A stretch of 56,122 nt of DNA from Candidatus Woesearchaeota archaeon (GCA_023246445.1 JAHFIJ010000002.1:1-56122), one strand, 5' to 3'; shown: positions 1 to 9,419, numbered from the stretch's first letter. Translations and numbers: made by a program. The notes: a model not told the origin generated them from the sequence alone.

Positions 1-1
1 A

Positions 2-337
2 ATTGGAATTCATCATCAAGAAACTGATGAGGATAAAAGAAACTTATTTCAAAGAGTTTACAATTCCCTTAATAAAACAGGAGTATTTATCTTTGGAGAC
101 TTGGTAACATATAGAAATCCTGCTGAGGCTGCTTTAAATGAAGCTCGTCATTTTCATTATCTGGTTGAAAACGCTCAAGATGAAGAATCATTAAAAGAAT
201 GGGCGCACCACCATAAACATCTTAACAAACTAGCCCCTCTAGAAGATCAAGTAGAATGGCTTAGGGGGGTTGGTTTTAGAGAAGTAGTTGTAGAATATCA
301 AAAATTTAATACTTCATTAATCTATGCAAAAAAGTAA
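2..337 (+). CDS. Class I SAM-dependent methyltransferase, C-terminal part (5' end outside window)
   Basis: Frame is open from the window edge (IGIHHQETDEDKRNLFQRVYNSLNKTGVFIFGDLVTYRNP...). It resembles the C-terminal half of Rossmann-fold AdoMet methyltransferases. Stop is TAA at 335-337. Confidence 0.55.
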   Translation: MGIHHQETDEDKRNLFQRVYNSLNKTGVFIFGDLVTYRNPAEAALNEARHFHYLVENAQDEESLKEWAHHHKHLNKLAPLEDQVEWLRGVGFREVVVEYQKFNTSLIYAKK

Positions 338-339
338 AA

Positions 340-640
340 AGATTGTCCCTCTTGACGTAAAACTAGACAACTCTTAACCATAAAAGATAGTCTCACTCTG
401 TTCGTTATTAATAAAACAATTCATTTCAAAAAGCTACAGTGGCAATGAAATTTTCGGCGAGAAAGAAACTTGTTCCGTTTCACTCAGCACCATGTTGCAC
501 TCCCCCTACGCTTCGTTCAGTTCGGGGCACATAACAGGCTAGGCTGTCCCCTAATTATTTTTGCCCATCCACTAGATGCCTTGTTTTTATACTCTTAAAA
601 GTGGGTTTAAGGAGAGTGCTAAATGTCATGAAACCCTATA
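340..640. repeat. GC-enriched non-coding segment R1, diverged relative of R2 (19242-19500)
   Basis: No credible ORF and visibly GC-richer than its surroundings. It shares ordered blocks with 19335-19412: GTTGCACT (494-501), TGTCCC (545-550) and AATTATTTTT (553-562). Confidence 0.3.
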
Positions 641-685
641 TTTTAGATACACAATCTTTTTAATTAGATATTATTGTTTTTAACT

Positions 686-1051
686 ATGGAAATGCCTTTA
701 CCTGAAGTTATAGACCGGTTTACTATATGCAAACTAAAGCTTGAAAGAATAAAAGAGGAGCATTTAAGGAAAGAGTATGACACTTTTCTGGGCGAGATTG
801 ATGGTTTGAGAGAAAAAGGGTTAATAAATGAAGAATGGATTGATAGATTATACGATTTAAATGGCAAAATCTGGGATTTAGAGAGTGATATAAGGAAAGG
901 AAAAGATGATGAATTAGGTTTAGAGGAAGTGGGTAGAAGAGCTATAAAAATCAGAGAATTAAATAAATTAAGGATTACGATGAAAAATAAAATTGTGGAA
1001 TCTACAGGTTTAGGTTTTAAAGATGTTAAAATGAATCATGCTTCTCAATAG
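686..1051 (+). CDS. Hypothetical charged helical protein
   Basis: ORF with ATG at 686 (the track start 674 is TTG). Contains KIWDLESDIRKGK and EEVGRRAIKIRELNKLR. No family recognised. Confidence 0.5.
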   Translation: MEMPLPEVIDRFTICKLKLERIKEEHLRKEYDTFLGEIDGLREKGLINEEWIDRLYDLNGKIWDLESDIRKGKDDELGLEEVGRRAIKIRELNKLRITMKNKIVESTGLGFKDVKMNHASQ

Positions 1052-1087
1052 GTTAGTTTTAAATAGATTTCTTTTATAGTTTTGAAT

Positions 1088-2194
1088 ATGTTCGGTTTTT
1101 TAAAGAAGAAAATAGGAGAAGTAGTAAGCAAGTTTAGTAAGAAGGTAGAGAAAGAAGCAGTAGAAACTGAAGATATTAAAGATGAGAGTCTTGTGAAAGA
1201 AAATGTTGAAGAAAAAGTGCCTGTTAAAAAAAAGATAAAAAGAGTTAAAGAGAAGAAAACTGAGAAAACAGAAGAACCTGAAATTGTGGAAGAGGTTAAG
1301 ATAGAAGAGTCAGAAGAAAAGAGTTTCTGGGCTAAATTTAAGGAAAAGGTTACAAGTGTTAAATTAGATGAAGAGAGATTTAATGAGTTTTTTGAATTAC
1401 TGGAGATTGCTTTATTAGAGTCTAATATTGCTTTTGAGGTTGTTGATAAGATAAGAGAGGAATTAAAGAAAAAATTAACAGGGAAAAGTATTCCTAAGAA
1501 TAAGATTGAGGAGGAGATTAAGCAAAGCTTGAGAGATAGCATAAGAATGTTGTTTAATGTTGAATGGATAGATGTATTAAAAGAGATTAGAGAGAAAGAA
1601 AAGCCGTATGTAATTGTGTTTTTTGGATTAAATGGCTCTGGGAAGACTTCGGCTATAGCTAAATTTGGAAAATATTTGCAAGATTATAAATTAAAATCCG
1701 TTATGGCTGCTGCAGATACATTTAGATCAGCTGCAATACAGCAATTAGAAGAACACGGCGAGAAGTTAAATATTAAAGTGATTAAACATGATTACAAATC
1801 AGATCCTGCTGCTGTTAGTTTTGATGCTGTGAAATATGCTAAAGCACATGAAATTCCTGTCGTTTTAATAGATACTGCCGGAAGACAGGATACAAATGTT
1901 AATTTGATGGAAGAGATGAAAAAGATTGTGAGGGTTGCTAAACCTAATTTGAAAATATTTGTTGGAGAAGCAATTTCCGGCGGAAGCATTATAGAAACTG
2001 TTAAAAAATTTGATGAAGCAGTTGGAATAGATGGGATAATATTAACTAAGGTTGACGTTGATGAGAAAGGCGGTGCTTTTGTTGGGGTAGAATACAGCTG
2101 TAAGAAGCCAATATTGTTTATTTCTAATGGTCAAAGATATGATAGTTTTGAAGTATTTGATAAAGAGAAGATAATTAAAGGATTTGGGTTATAA
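1088..2194 (+). CDS. ftsY: Signal recognition particle receptor FtsY
   Basis: SRP-GTPase motifs GLNGSGKT, DTAGRQ and TKVDVDEKGG follow a Lys/Glu-rich N-terminal domain. ATG at 1088 is preferred over TTG at 1082. Confidence 0.93.
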   Translation: MFGFLKKKIGEVVSKFSKKVEKEAVETEDIKDESLVKENVEEKVPVKKKIKRVKEKKTEKTEEPEIVEEVKIEESEEKSFWAKFKEKVTSVKLDEERFNEFFELLEIALLESNIAFEVVDKIREELKKKLTGKSIPKNKIEEEIKQSLRDSIRMLFNVEWIDVLKEIREKEKPYVIVFFGLNGSGKTSAIAKFGKYLQDYKLKSVMAAADTFRSAAIQQLEEHGEKLNIKVIKHDYKSDPAAVSFDAVKYAKAHEIPVVLIDTAGRQDTNVNLMEEMKKIVRVAKPNLKIFVGEAISGGSIIETVKKFDEAVGIDGIILTKVDVDEKGGAFVGVEYSCKKPILFISNGQRYDSFEVFDKEKIIKGFGL

Positions 2195-2267
2195 TACAGG
2201 AATTTAACGAGGTCACGATCGAATGGAGTGATATGAAATTGTGTTGAACTTCAAAATTATAACGAGA

Positions 2268-2993
2268 TTATTGATTCTGAGCTTTTAAATTTTTTAATTT
2301 TCCAAAATTGTAAACTTTTTCTTTTCCCACTATGAATACTTCAAAACTAGATAAATCCTGATGTAAAAAAGGAGACAATAATTTTTCTCTTAAAATATCT
2401 GTGCCTTTTGTAACTAAGTTAAATGATGGCTGAACAATCAAAATTTTATTTTCAAATTTGCCTTTTAAGAAGCATTTATAGGTTTCTCTTCTTGATTCTT
2501 CTTTTAATGTAATTGCTGGATGCTCGTTTCCTATAATTGTAATTTTAGAATCTTTAAAATACTTATTTTCAGGAATTTTATCTCCATGTGTAACATAAAC
2601 ATCATCAATTTTGGTATATTCATTAATTTTAAGATTTCTTTTTTTAAGTATTGGCTCTAAGATTGTATCGTGATTGCCTTTATTTAAGATTAGATTTTTA
2701 CTTTTTTTTAATAAATAATCAACTAATTTTAAAGTGTTTAACCATTCTGTTTCTGAGATAGTTGAGAATTCATGCTTTAAATCTCCATTAATAATTATTG
2801 TTTCTGGCTTGACTAATGCAAATATTTTGTCTAGTTTTTTTAATGTTTTATCTAACTGGAATCTTGGAACTAAGATGCCTTGTTTATTGAGTGTTTCTTC
2901 AAAACCCATGTGAAAATCTGTCAATATCAGCGTTTTAAAGCGTTTTAAATAGAGGGAAAGACCTATAATTTCAATATCTTTTGAGATTTCCAT
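2268..2993 (-). CDS. Calcineurin-like metallophosphoesterase (archaeal SbcD-related small type)
   Basis: Motifs GDLKHEF, NKGNHD, THGD and GNEHP appear in the order expected for the metallophosphoesterase fold. Confidence 0.8.
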   Translation of the reverse strand: MEISKDIEIIGLSLYLKRFKTLILTDFHMGFEETLNKQGILVPRFQLDKTLKKLDKIFALVKPETIIINGDLKHEFSTISETEWLNTLKLVDYLLKKSKNLILNKGNHDTILEPILKKRNLKINEYTKIDDVYVTHGDKIPENKYFKDSKITIIGNEHPAITLKEESRRETYKCFLKGKFENKILIVQPSFNLVTKGTDILREKLLSPFLHQDLSSFEVFIVGKEKVYNFGKLKNLKAQNQ

Positions 2994-3044
2994 AGAGTTT
3001 GAAAGATAATAAATTATTTAAAGAATGCGTTTATCTAATTTAGC

Positions 3045-5408
3045 ATGAAAAAGGGGCTTATTTTGGTAATCTTATTAATTTTAATACCAATAGCTGGAGC
3101 TTTGGAATTAGAAAGTATAAATAAAAGTGTATTTAATTTAGGGGATAATATAGAAGTTAAAGGGAATATACAAACTGCTTTTAAAGGCGGCTTTAGAATT
3201 AATTTAAATTGCGGCAATGTTGTTTCTTTGATGTTCAAAAATGTTACCTTAGGCGAGAATGCGGAATTTAATGAAGCTGTTAAATTGTATAATGGTGAAG
3301 GGGATTGCAATATAGGCGTGTCTTTAGAGACAAAAGATGGGATTATAGATTATAAAGACAGCAATAAGTTCAGGCTTTCAAGGGATATTAATTCAAGTTT
3401 CTTTAGTGAGAAGGAATTTGTTGCTAAGGGGGAGTCTTTAAGGTTTGGAGGCACTGTTAAGAAAATTTCAGGCTTGGATTTTAGCGGATTAATAACAATT
3501 ACAATAGAAGGCGCATCCAGTAAAGAGGTTTTTACAAAGGATATTAATAATGAGTGGGATTTTGATTTTGATACAGTGAACCGCCCAATTGGAGTTTATA
3601 GGGTGTCTGTAAAATATCAGGATTTATATGGAAATGGCGGGGAATTTAAAGATGTTATAGCTTTTAAGATTTCCAATAAGATCGATTTTGCTTTTGATTT
3701 AGGGAACGGAACTTATTCTCCTAGTGAAACTGTGCCTATAAAAGGAATTATAAAAAATTTTAAAGGAGATCCTGTAAGTGGGAAGGTTAAGATAATTTTT
3801 TTGGATAAAATAACAACTATGGATGTTAATGATGGAAATCTGGCTTATGATCTGAAGTTAGAAGATAATCAAGCAAGCGGGGATTATAATATAGGTTTTA
3901 AGGTAGAAGATGATTTTGGAAATTATGGGGAAAGAGGCTATTCTTTTAGTGTAAGAAAGGTTCCAAAAAGCTTATTGGTGTTTATCAGCAAGAGTGAATT
4001 TTTGCCGAAAGAAGAGGTAAATGCCCAAAGCAAGGTTTTAGATCAGACTGGAAATGAAATAACTGAAGGCAAAAGTGTTAATTTAATTATTTTTGATGCT
4101 AAGGGAAAACAAATTACTGAATGGACAAATGAGCTTAATTATGATTTAGATCAATTTGCTTTGCCTGGGAGATACACAATTGAGGGGAAATTTGAGGATT
4201 TAACCGAGAAAAGCTATTTTTCAGTTATTGGTGTTGAATCTTTAGAAGTTAATTTAGTTAATCAATCAATACTTTTTTTTAATAATGGAAATGTAGTTTA
4301 CAATAAGCAGGTTGAAATTGTTTTTAAAGGGGAAGGAGAAAATAAATTTTTTGAAATTGTAGAATTAAATCCGGGTGAAAGCAGAACGTATCCTTTAAAT
4401 GATAAGGTCAAGAGTGGGACTTATACAATTTTTGTTTTAGCTGATGGAAAAGATTATAGTTTTGATAATTTACTATTAGAAGATAAAAGATCTGTGTTAA
4501 GAAAAACAGGCAATCTGCTAACTGGCGCAGTCGGAGCTATAGGCTCATTAGGTGGGGGGGATTTAGGGGATACTTCCAAAAATATATTACTGGTAATAGT
4601 TGTATTAGCTTTAATATTCTTCTTTATTGTTAACAGGCAAAATAAATTATTGAGACAAATTGGATGGTATATAAAACATTTAGTTGAGAATTATACAGCA
4701 CAGGGCAATATGCTAAACACATTAAAAAAAGCTGTTAAGTCCAAAGGGAAAGAGAAGAAGAAGGTTATGAGTATTTTAAATAAATATCTTGATACTCATA
4801 TTGCAAGAGAATTAATACATAAAGATAAACTTGGCTTAGATTCCGAGAAGAGGGAAATAAGCGTGATGTTTACAGACATAAGAGATTTTACTACATTAGT
4901 CAGCAGCGGAGATCCATGGGTTGTTATGAATATGGTCAATTATTATTTTAAGTCTGTTACTGATATAATATATAAGTATCATGGAACGATAAATAAATAT
5001 CTGGGTGATTCTGTGATGGCTTTATTTAATGCTCCGAGAAAGGTTGAGGGGCATTTATTGATGGCATTAAAAGCGGGTGTTGAGATCTCTAAAGAATTAA
5101 ATAAATTAAACATGAAATTAAAAGAAAAGGGAATAAATGAAATATCTGTTGGGATTGGAATAAGTTCTGGTGAGGCTTTAATTGGAAGTTTTGGGGATAA
5201 ATTTATGGAGTATAGTGCTTTGGGCAATTGTGTTAATCTGGCTTCCAGAATACAGGCTTATGGAACAGGGAATCATGTGTTGATTGATGAGAAAACTTAT
5301 GAAAAAGTTAAAGATAAGGTTGATGTTGTTGAGCATGGAACTTTTGATATTCGTGGAATTGGCAGAATGAAGGTTTATAATGTAACTGATGTTAAAGGGG
5401 AATATTAA
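3045..5408 (+). CDS. Membrane-anchored receptor-type class III adenylate/guanylate cyclase
   Basis: N-terminal hydrophobic signal, then a ~500-aa beta-rich presumed extracellular region and a TM helix (ILLVIVVLALIFFFIV). The cyclase homology domain follows: ISVMFTDIRDFT, KYLGDSVMALFNAP, GIGISSGEALIGSFG, YSALGNCVNLASRIQ. Confidence 0.8.
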   Translation: MKKGLILVILLILIPIAGALELESINKSVFNLGDNIEVKGNIQTAFKGGFRINLNCGNVVSLMFKNVTLGENAEFNEAVKLYNGEGDCNIGVSLETKDGIIDYKDSNKFRLSRDINSSFFSEKEFVAKGESLRFGGTVKKISGLDFSGLITITIEGASSKEVFTKDINNEWDFDFDTVNRPIGVYRVSVKYQDLYGNGGEFKDVIAFKISNKIDFAFDLGNGTYSPSETVPIKGIIKNFKGDPVSGKVKIIFLDKITTMDVNDGNLAYDLKLEDNQASGDYNIGFKVEDDFGNYGERGYSFSVRKVPKSLLVFISKSEFLPKEEVNAQSKVLDQTGNEITEGKSVNLIIFDAKGKQITEWTNELNYDLDQFALPGRYTIEGKFEDLTEKSYFSVIGVESLEVNLVNQSILFFNNGNVVYNKQVEIVFKGEGENKFFEIVELNPGESRTYPLNDKVKSGTYTIFVLADGKDYSFDNLLLEDKRSVLRKTGNLLTGAVGAIGSLGGGDLGDTSKNILLVIVVLALIFFFIVNRQNKLLRQIGWYIKHLVENYTAQGNMLNTLKKAVKSKGKEKKKVMSILNKYLDTHIARELIHKDKLGLDSEKREISVMFTDIRDFTTLVSSGDPWVVMNMVNYYFKSVTDIIYKYHGTINKYLGDSVMALFNAPRKVEGHLLMALKAGVEISKELNKLNMKLKEKGINEISVGIGISSGEALIGSFGDKFMEYSALGNCVNLASRIQAYGTGNHVLIDEKTYEKVKDKVDVVEHGTFDIRGIGRMKVYNVTDVKGEY

Positions 5409-6100
5409 ATTCTTATTTCAATGTCTTCAAAGTAAGGAGTTAATAAATTCTTTATGTTTTTTAATTCTTCTTCTGAATAAGAGTTTTCATTTAGGTAGCT
5501 TAGATCAATTATTGAATCTGCTTTTTTAAATTGCTGCAGACAATATTTTTTAGCGCCTTTAAGCCATTCTCCAATCTCAAGAAAATCTTCTTTTGAAATT
5601 AATTTTGGTAATGAGGTAGTCCTAAATTCGTAATTAATACTACTATCCATTATAATTTTAACAGAGGCTTTGATATTTTCAATTGGAACTTTAATTATTG
5701 TAGTTTTTTCATAATTTTTTAAAGAGTTTTTAATGTCCATAGCAATATAATCTATTAAATTATTGTCTATTAACTCTTTTATCATTTCAGGATTTGTGCC
5801 GTTAGTATCTAATTTGACTAAAAATCCCAATTCTTTTATTTTTTTAATGAATGAAGGCAACCCATTGTGCAATGTGGGCTCTCCGCCAGTTATTACGACA
5901 CCATCAATTAAGCCTTTTCTTGTTTTTAAAAAAGAAAAAATCTTTTCTTCATCTAATTGTATCAGTTCAGGAGAATTAACTGCTAGCGGCTTGTTGTAAC
6001 AGTAAGGGCATCTTAAATTACAGCCTGCAGTAAATATGATTGAGGCTAATTGACCGGGAAAATCAATTAACGTCAATGGTTGAAAGCCTTTTATAATCAT
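5405..6100 (-). CDS. nrdG: Anaerobic ribonucleotide reductase activating protein (radical SAM)
   Basis: Contains CNLRCPYCYN and GVVITGGEPTL. ATG at 6100 overlaps the TGA of the upstream nrdD fragment (ATGA). The longer track ORF (to 6205) runs across that frame. Confidence 0.88.
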   Translation of the reverse strand: MIIKGFQPLTLIDFPGQLASIIFTAGCNLRCPYCYNKPLAVNSPELIQLDEEKIFSFLKTRKGLIDGVVITGGEPTLHNGLPSFIKKIKELGFLVKLDTNGTNPEMIKELIDNNLIDYIAMDIKNSLKNYEKTTIIKVPIENIKASVKIIMDSSINYEFRTTSLPKLISKEDFLEIGEWLKGAKKYCLQQFKKADSIIDLSYLNENSYSEEELKNIKNLLTPYFEDIEIRI

Positions 6101-6282
6101 TTGCAGATTGTTTGTTTGTCTTGTGCAGCAAATTTGTTTTTTAGAGAAACTGTTAAGCTGTATTCTTTTCTTTCTTTGAATTCTTCTTTCTTTCCCAAGT
6201 TCCATTGTATGACCGGGCGATGATAGCCGACAATCCTACTGAAAACTTCGCATGTTTCTCCACAAGTATTGTTTTTTTCCAT
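6097..6282 (-). CDS. nrdD: NrdD C-terminal fragment: zinc-ribbon half plus glycyl-radical loop
   Basis: CGETCEVFSRIVGYHRPVIQWNLGKKEEFKERKEY carries the RxxGY glycyl-radical motif. It is in the same frame as 6295-8310 and separated only by a TAA. It has its own AGGAG plus ATG. Confidence 0.8.
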   Translation of the reverse strand: MEKNNTCGETCEVFSRIVGYHRPVIQWNLGKKEEFKERKEYSLTVSLKNKFAAQDKQTICK

Positions 6283-6294
6283 TTTTTTACTCCT

Positions 6295-8310
6295 TTAAGT
6301 TAATATTTGTTTTTCCTGTTGTATAATCTGAGGACAAGTATGATGTTCGCCTGATACATAACCATGTGTTGGGCAGATGCTAAATGTTGGGGTAATAGTA
6401 AAATATGGCAGTTTAAAATTTTCAGCTATTCTTTTTACTAATTTTTTACATGTTTCCGGGTCATTAATTTTTTCACCTAAAAACCCATGCAAAACTGTTC
6501 CGCCAGAGTATTTCTTTTGTAAACTATCCTGCAATTCTAATGCTTCGAATATATCTTCAGTGTAATTGACTGGCAAATGTGTTGAGTTTGTATAGTAAGG
6601 ATTATCTTTGCCTGCAGTTATAATATCGGGATATTTTTTCTTGTCAATTTTTGCCAGCCTATAAGATGTTCCTTCTGCCGGAGTTGCTTCCAGGTTATAC
6701 ATTTGCCCTGTTTGCTCCTGGAATTCTGACAATTTATCTCTCATAAAATCCAATACTTCTTCTGCGAAGGTTTTTCCTTCTTTAGTAGCTGTTGTGCATT
6801 GAGGCCCGAAAAAATTCATTAAGGCTTCATTCATTCCCACTAAACCTATTGTGTTGAAATGATTATCAAATGTTCCTAAATATCTTTTTGAGAATGGCAT
6901 TAAACCCTCTTCCATATTTCTTGTTACTAATTTTCTTTTTAATATTAAAGATTCTTTTGCAGTTTCCATTAATCTTTCTATTCTTTTGAAAAATTCTTCC
7001 CTGCTTTTAGATAAATATCCTATTCTTGGCAGATTTAAAGTTACAACACCAATAGAGCCAGTCATTTCTGCTGCACCAAATAAGCCACCACCTTTGTTTT
7101 TTAATTCTTTTATGTTCAAAGATAGTCTACAACACATACTGCGGACATCACTAGGCTTTAGAGAAGAGTTGATAAAATTTTGAAAATAAGGCAGCCCATA
7201 TTTAGCTGTCATTGAAAATAATAATTTAGCGTTTTCTGAATCCCAATCAAAGTCTTTTGTTATGTTATAAGTTGGAATTGGAAATGTAAATATCCGCCCT
7301 TTTGAATCCCCCGCAGTCATAACCTCAATAAATGCTTTATTAATTATGTCCATTTCTTTTTGACATTCTCCATAAGTAAAATCCTGTTTTTTACCACCGA
7401 CAATTGCTTTTTTGTTTTTCATATCTTCAGGACAAACCCAGTCCAGAGTTATATTTGTGAATGGACTCTGGCCGCCCCACCTTGAAGGGATATTAATGTT
7501 AAAAACAAAGCCCTGTATCGCCTGATTTACTTCATCATATGTCATGTTATCTTTTTTTATAAATGGCGCTAAATATGTATCAAAACTGGAAAATGCCTGA
7601 GCACCAGCCCATTCATTCTGCAATACCCCTATAAAATTAATCATTTGCCAAAGAGCAGAATCTAGATGTTTAGGTGGAACAGATTCAACTTTACCCTGAA
7701 CACCATTGAAGCCTTCTTCCAGCAATTGCTTTAAGCTCCAACCTGCACAATAACCTGCTATACCCATACTTAGATCATGAATGTGAAAATCTCCTTCAAT
7801 ATGTGCCTTGGCTATTTCTTCAGGGTAAATATTATGCAAGATATAATGTGCGATCATTGAGCCTGCCAGATGCATTAACAAACCAGATAATGAATAGTTT
7901 ATATTGCTGTTTTCAGATACTCTCCAGTCTGATTTTGTTAGGTAGCTGTCCATTGTTTTTTGAACATCTAACAGGAAGCTTTTTGTTTCTCTTATTGTTT
8001 CGTGCTGCTTTCTGTAGAGAATAAAAGCTTTTGCAACCTGGTCTTCAGTTTCTTTTATTAGTGTCTTTTCAATTAAGTCCTGGATGCTTTCTACGCTTGG
8101 AATACCATTATCTTTATAGAATAAATCTAATATCTCTGAGACTTTTTTGGCTATTGTCTCTGCTTTCTGCTGATTATCTAAACCTGTCGCCTTAAATGCT
8201 TTGTAGACTGCATTTACGATCTTCTTTTCATCAAATAAGACAATTGAACCGTCTCTTTTTTTAACTCTTTTAATGATGTAAGATTCTTTCATAAGATTAT
8301 AGTCTGCCAC
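6295..8310 (-). CDS. nrdD: Anaerobic (class III) ribonucleoside-triphosphate reductase, large part
   Basis: ATP-cone (IIKRVKKRDGSIVLFDEKKI) and class III core (NLEATPAEG, TPTFSICPTHGY). GTG start is preceded by GAGGT. It terminates at the in-frame TAA at 6295-6297, before the glycyl-radical segment. Confidence 0.92.
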   Translation of the reverse strand: MADYNLMKESYIIKRVKKRDGSIVLFDEKKIVNAVYKAFKATGLDNQQKAETIAKKVSEILDLFYKDNGIPSVESIQDLIEKTLIKETEDQVAKAFILYRKQHETIRETKSFLLDVQKTMDSYLTKSDWRVSENSNINYSLSGLLMHLAGSMIAHYILHNIYPEEIAKAHIEGDFHIHDLSMGIAGYCAGWSLKQLLEEGFNGVQGKVESVPPKHLDSALWQMINFIGVLQNEWAGAQAFSSFDTYLAPFIKKDNMTYDEVNQAIQGFVFNINIPSRWGGQSPFTNITLDWVCPEDMKNKKAIVGGKKQDFTYGECQKEMDIINKAFIEVMTAGDSKGRIFTFPIPTYNITKDFDWDSENAKLLFSMTAKYGLPYFQNFINSSLKPSDVRSMCCRLSLNIKELKNKGGGLFGAAEMTGSIGVVTLNLPRIGYLSKSREEFFKRIERLMETAKESLILKRKLVTRNMEEGLMPFSKRYLGTFDNHFNTIGLVGMNEALMNFFGPQCTTATKEGKTFAEEVLDFMRDKLSEFQEQTGQMYNLEATPAEGTSYRLAKIDKKKYPDIITAGKDNPYYTNSTHLPVNYTEDIFEALELQDSLQKKYSGGTVLHGFLGEKINDPETCKKLVKRIAENFKLPYFTITPTFSICPTHGYVSGEHHTCPQIIQQEKQILT

Positions 8311-8339
8311 TTTTTACCTCTTTTTACAATAGTTACTTA

Positions 8340-8386
8340 ACACAATAGGTTGTGCCCATATTAAACTTTAGCACAACATATTGTAT
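8340..8386 (-). promoter_or_regulatory. Tandem NrdR-box-like palindromes upstream of nrdD
   Basis: ACACAATAGGTTGTGC (8340-8355) and GCACAACATATTGTAT (8371-8386) have centres 31 nt apart and lie 30-76 nt upstream of the nrdD GTG. Both are close to the bacterial NrdR-box consensus acaCwAtATaTwGtgt. Confidence 0.45.
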
Positions 8387-8538
8387 CAATTAAGCAATTA
8401 GTATTTAAATATTTCTATACTGCTTTTCATATGTTTAGATCTACTTTTACGAAGTTGTGTAAAAAATGCTGATTAATAATTTTTATAAATAGAAGTTTTA
8501 AGATTCTAACGTAATGAACTTTAAAAAGAGGTTGATGA

Positions 8539-8706
8539 ATGAAGCCTGAATGCTGCGGCGAGCTATTATTTGAGCCGTTTTACTGGACTTGTAAAGATGT
8601 TAAGAATCTAATCGGCTGTATAGTGGAGTGGGAATATTATAGATGCCCTAAATGTGATTCTATAAAGAAATTTAAGATTGAAAATGAGTGGGAAAAAAAA
8701 AGCTGA
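8539..8706 (+). CDS. Small Cys-rich (zinc-ribbon-like) protein, 55 aa
   Basis: MKPECCGELLFEPFYWTCKDV...YYRCPKCDSIKKF, preceded by GAGGT. Below the ORF-track length cutoff. Confidence 0.35.
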   Translation: MKPECCGELLFEPFYWTCKDVKNLIGCIVEWEYYRCPKCDSIKKFKIENEWEKKS

Positions 8707-8708
8707 AT

Positions 8709-9419
8709 TTATTTTTTTGCGATCCGCCATAAAATTTCAAAATATTTTTTATAGCCTTCAGAAATTTCCTTATTTTTGATTACTAAAACAGTAGGATTTT
8801 CTTTGCTCCAGAGAATTATTGCAACTTTGTCACCGTATATATTCACTGCAACAGGGGAAGCATATTTCTGAGGCAAATATTTTATTTCTGCAAATGGAAT
8901 TTTTATGTTTATATCTCTTTGACTAAATAATATTTTGGCTTTAATCTTATGCTCTTTTCTTCTTTTATCAAACCATTTAAAATAAAATTGTAAAACTTCA
9001 TAGGCTATTGGAGAGGCGCCCAAAATAAAAATTTCTTTTTTAGTCTCAATCTGATCTTCCAAGACCATTTTTAATCCCTGCTTTCCTTTATAGAAATTTG
9101 TTTCCTGCTTTTCTTTTTCTTCTTCATAGATCTGGAGCATTTCAGGAAGAATATCTGAGATGATGTGTTCTTTTTCTTTTATAATGTCTAGAAATCTTCT
9201 TGGTGATGAGGCTTCAAACATTTTTCTGTTGTTGTTTTTTATATAACCAATTAAACCTTTTTTGATTAACATCTCAATTGTATCATAAACAGTTCTTCTG
9301 TGTAAGCCTGTTTTTCCTGAGATTAGACCTGCTTGGGATGGTCCTAACTCTAATAATGCTTTGTAAACCAGAGCTTCGTTTTTTGTTAAATTTAATTCCA
9401 TCAGTTTTGAAATTTCCAT
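8709..9419 (-). CDS. TrmB-family transcriptional regulator
   Basis: N-terminal wHTH (LTKNEALVYKALLELGPSQAGLISGKTGLHRRTVYDTIEMLIKKGLI). Paralog of 45289-46038. Confidence 0.75.
   Translation of the reverse strand: MEISKLMELNLTKNEALVYKALLELGPSQAGLISGKTGLHRRTVYDTIEMLIKKGLIGYIKNNNRKMFEASSPRRFLDIIKEKEHIISDILPEMLQIYEEEKEKQETNFYKGKQGLKMVLEDQIETKKEIFILGASPIAYEVLQFYFKWFDKRRKEHKIKAKILFSQRDINIKIPFAEIKYLPQKYASPVAVNIYGDKVAIILWSKENPTVLVIKNKEISEGYKKYFEILWRIAKK

Noticed and set aside
340-640. SRP RNA or RNase P RNA hidden in the GC-rich segments R1/R2
   Set aside because: No GGAAAGUCC-type RNase P core and no SRP helix-8 motif (GGAA...AGCA asymmetric-loop context) could be found by eye. The only GAAAGTCC match (28699-28706) spans the intron-exon junction of tRNA-Ala.
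6295-6297. Genome-wide TAA reassignment as an explanation for the in-frame stop in nrdD
   Set aside because: TAA terminates many well-delimited conserved genes here (for example ftsZ, rpl11 and glyS) at the expected protein ends.
8531-8560. C/D-box sRNA (TGATGA ... CTGA)
   Set aside because: The boxes are only about 7 nt apart and there is no second C'/D' pair or terminal stem. The sequence is better explained as the RBS and start region of a small ORF.
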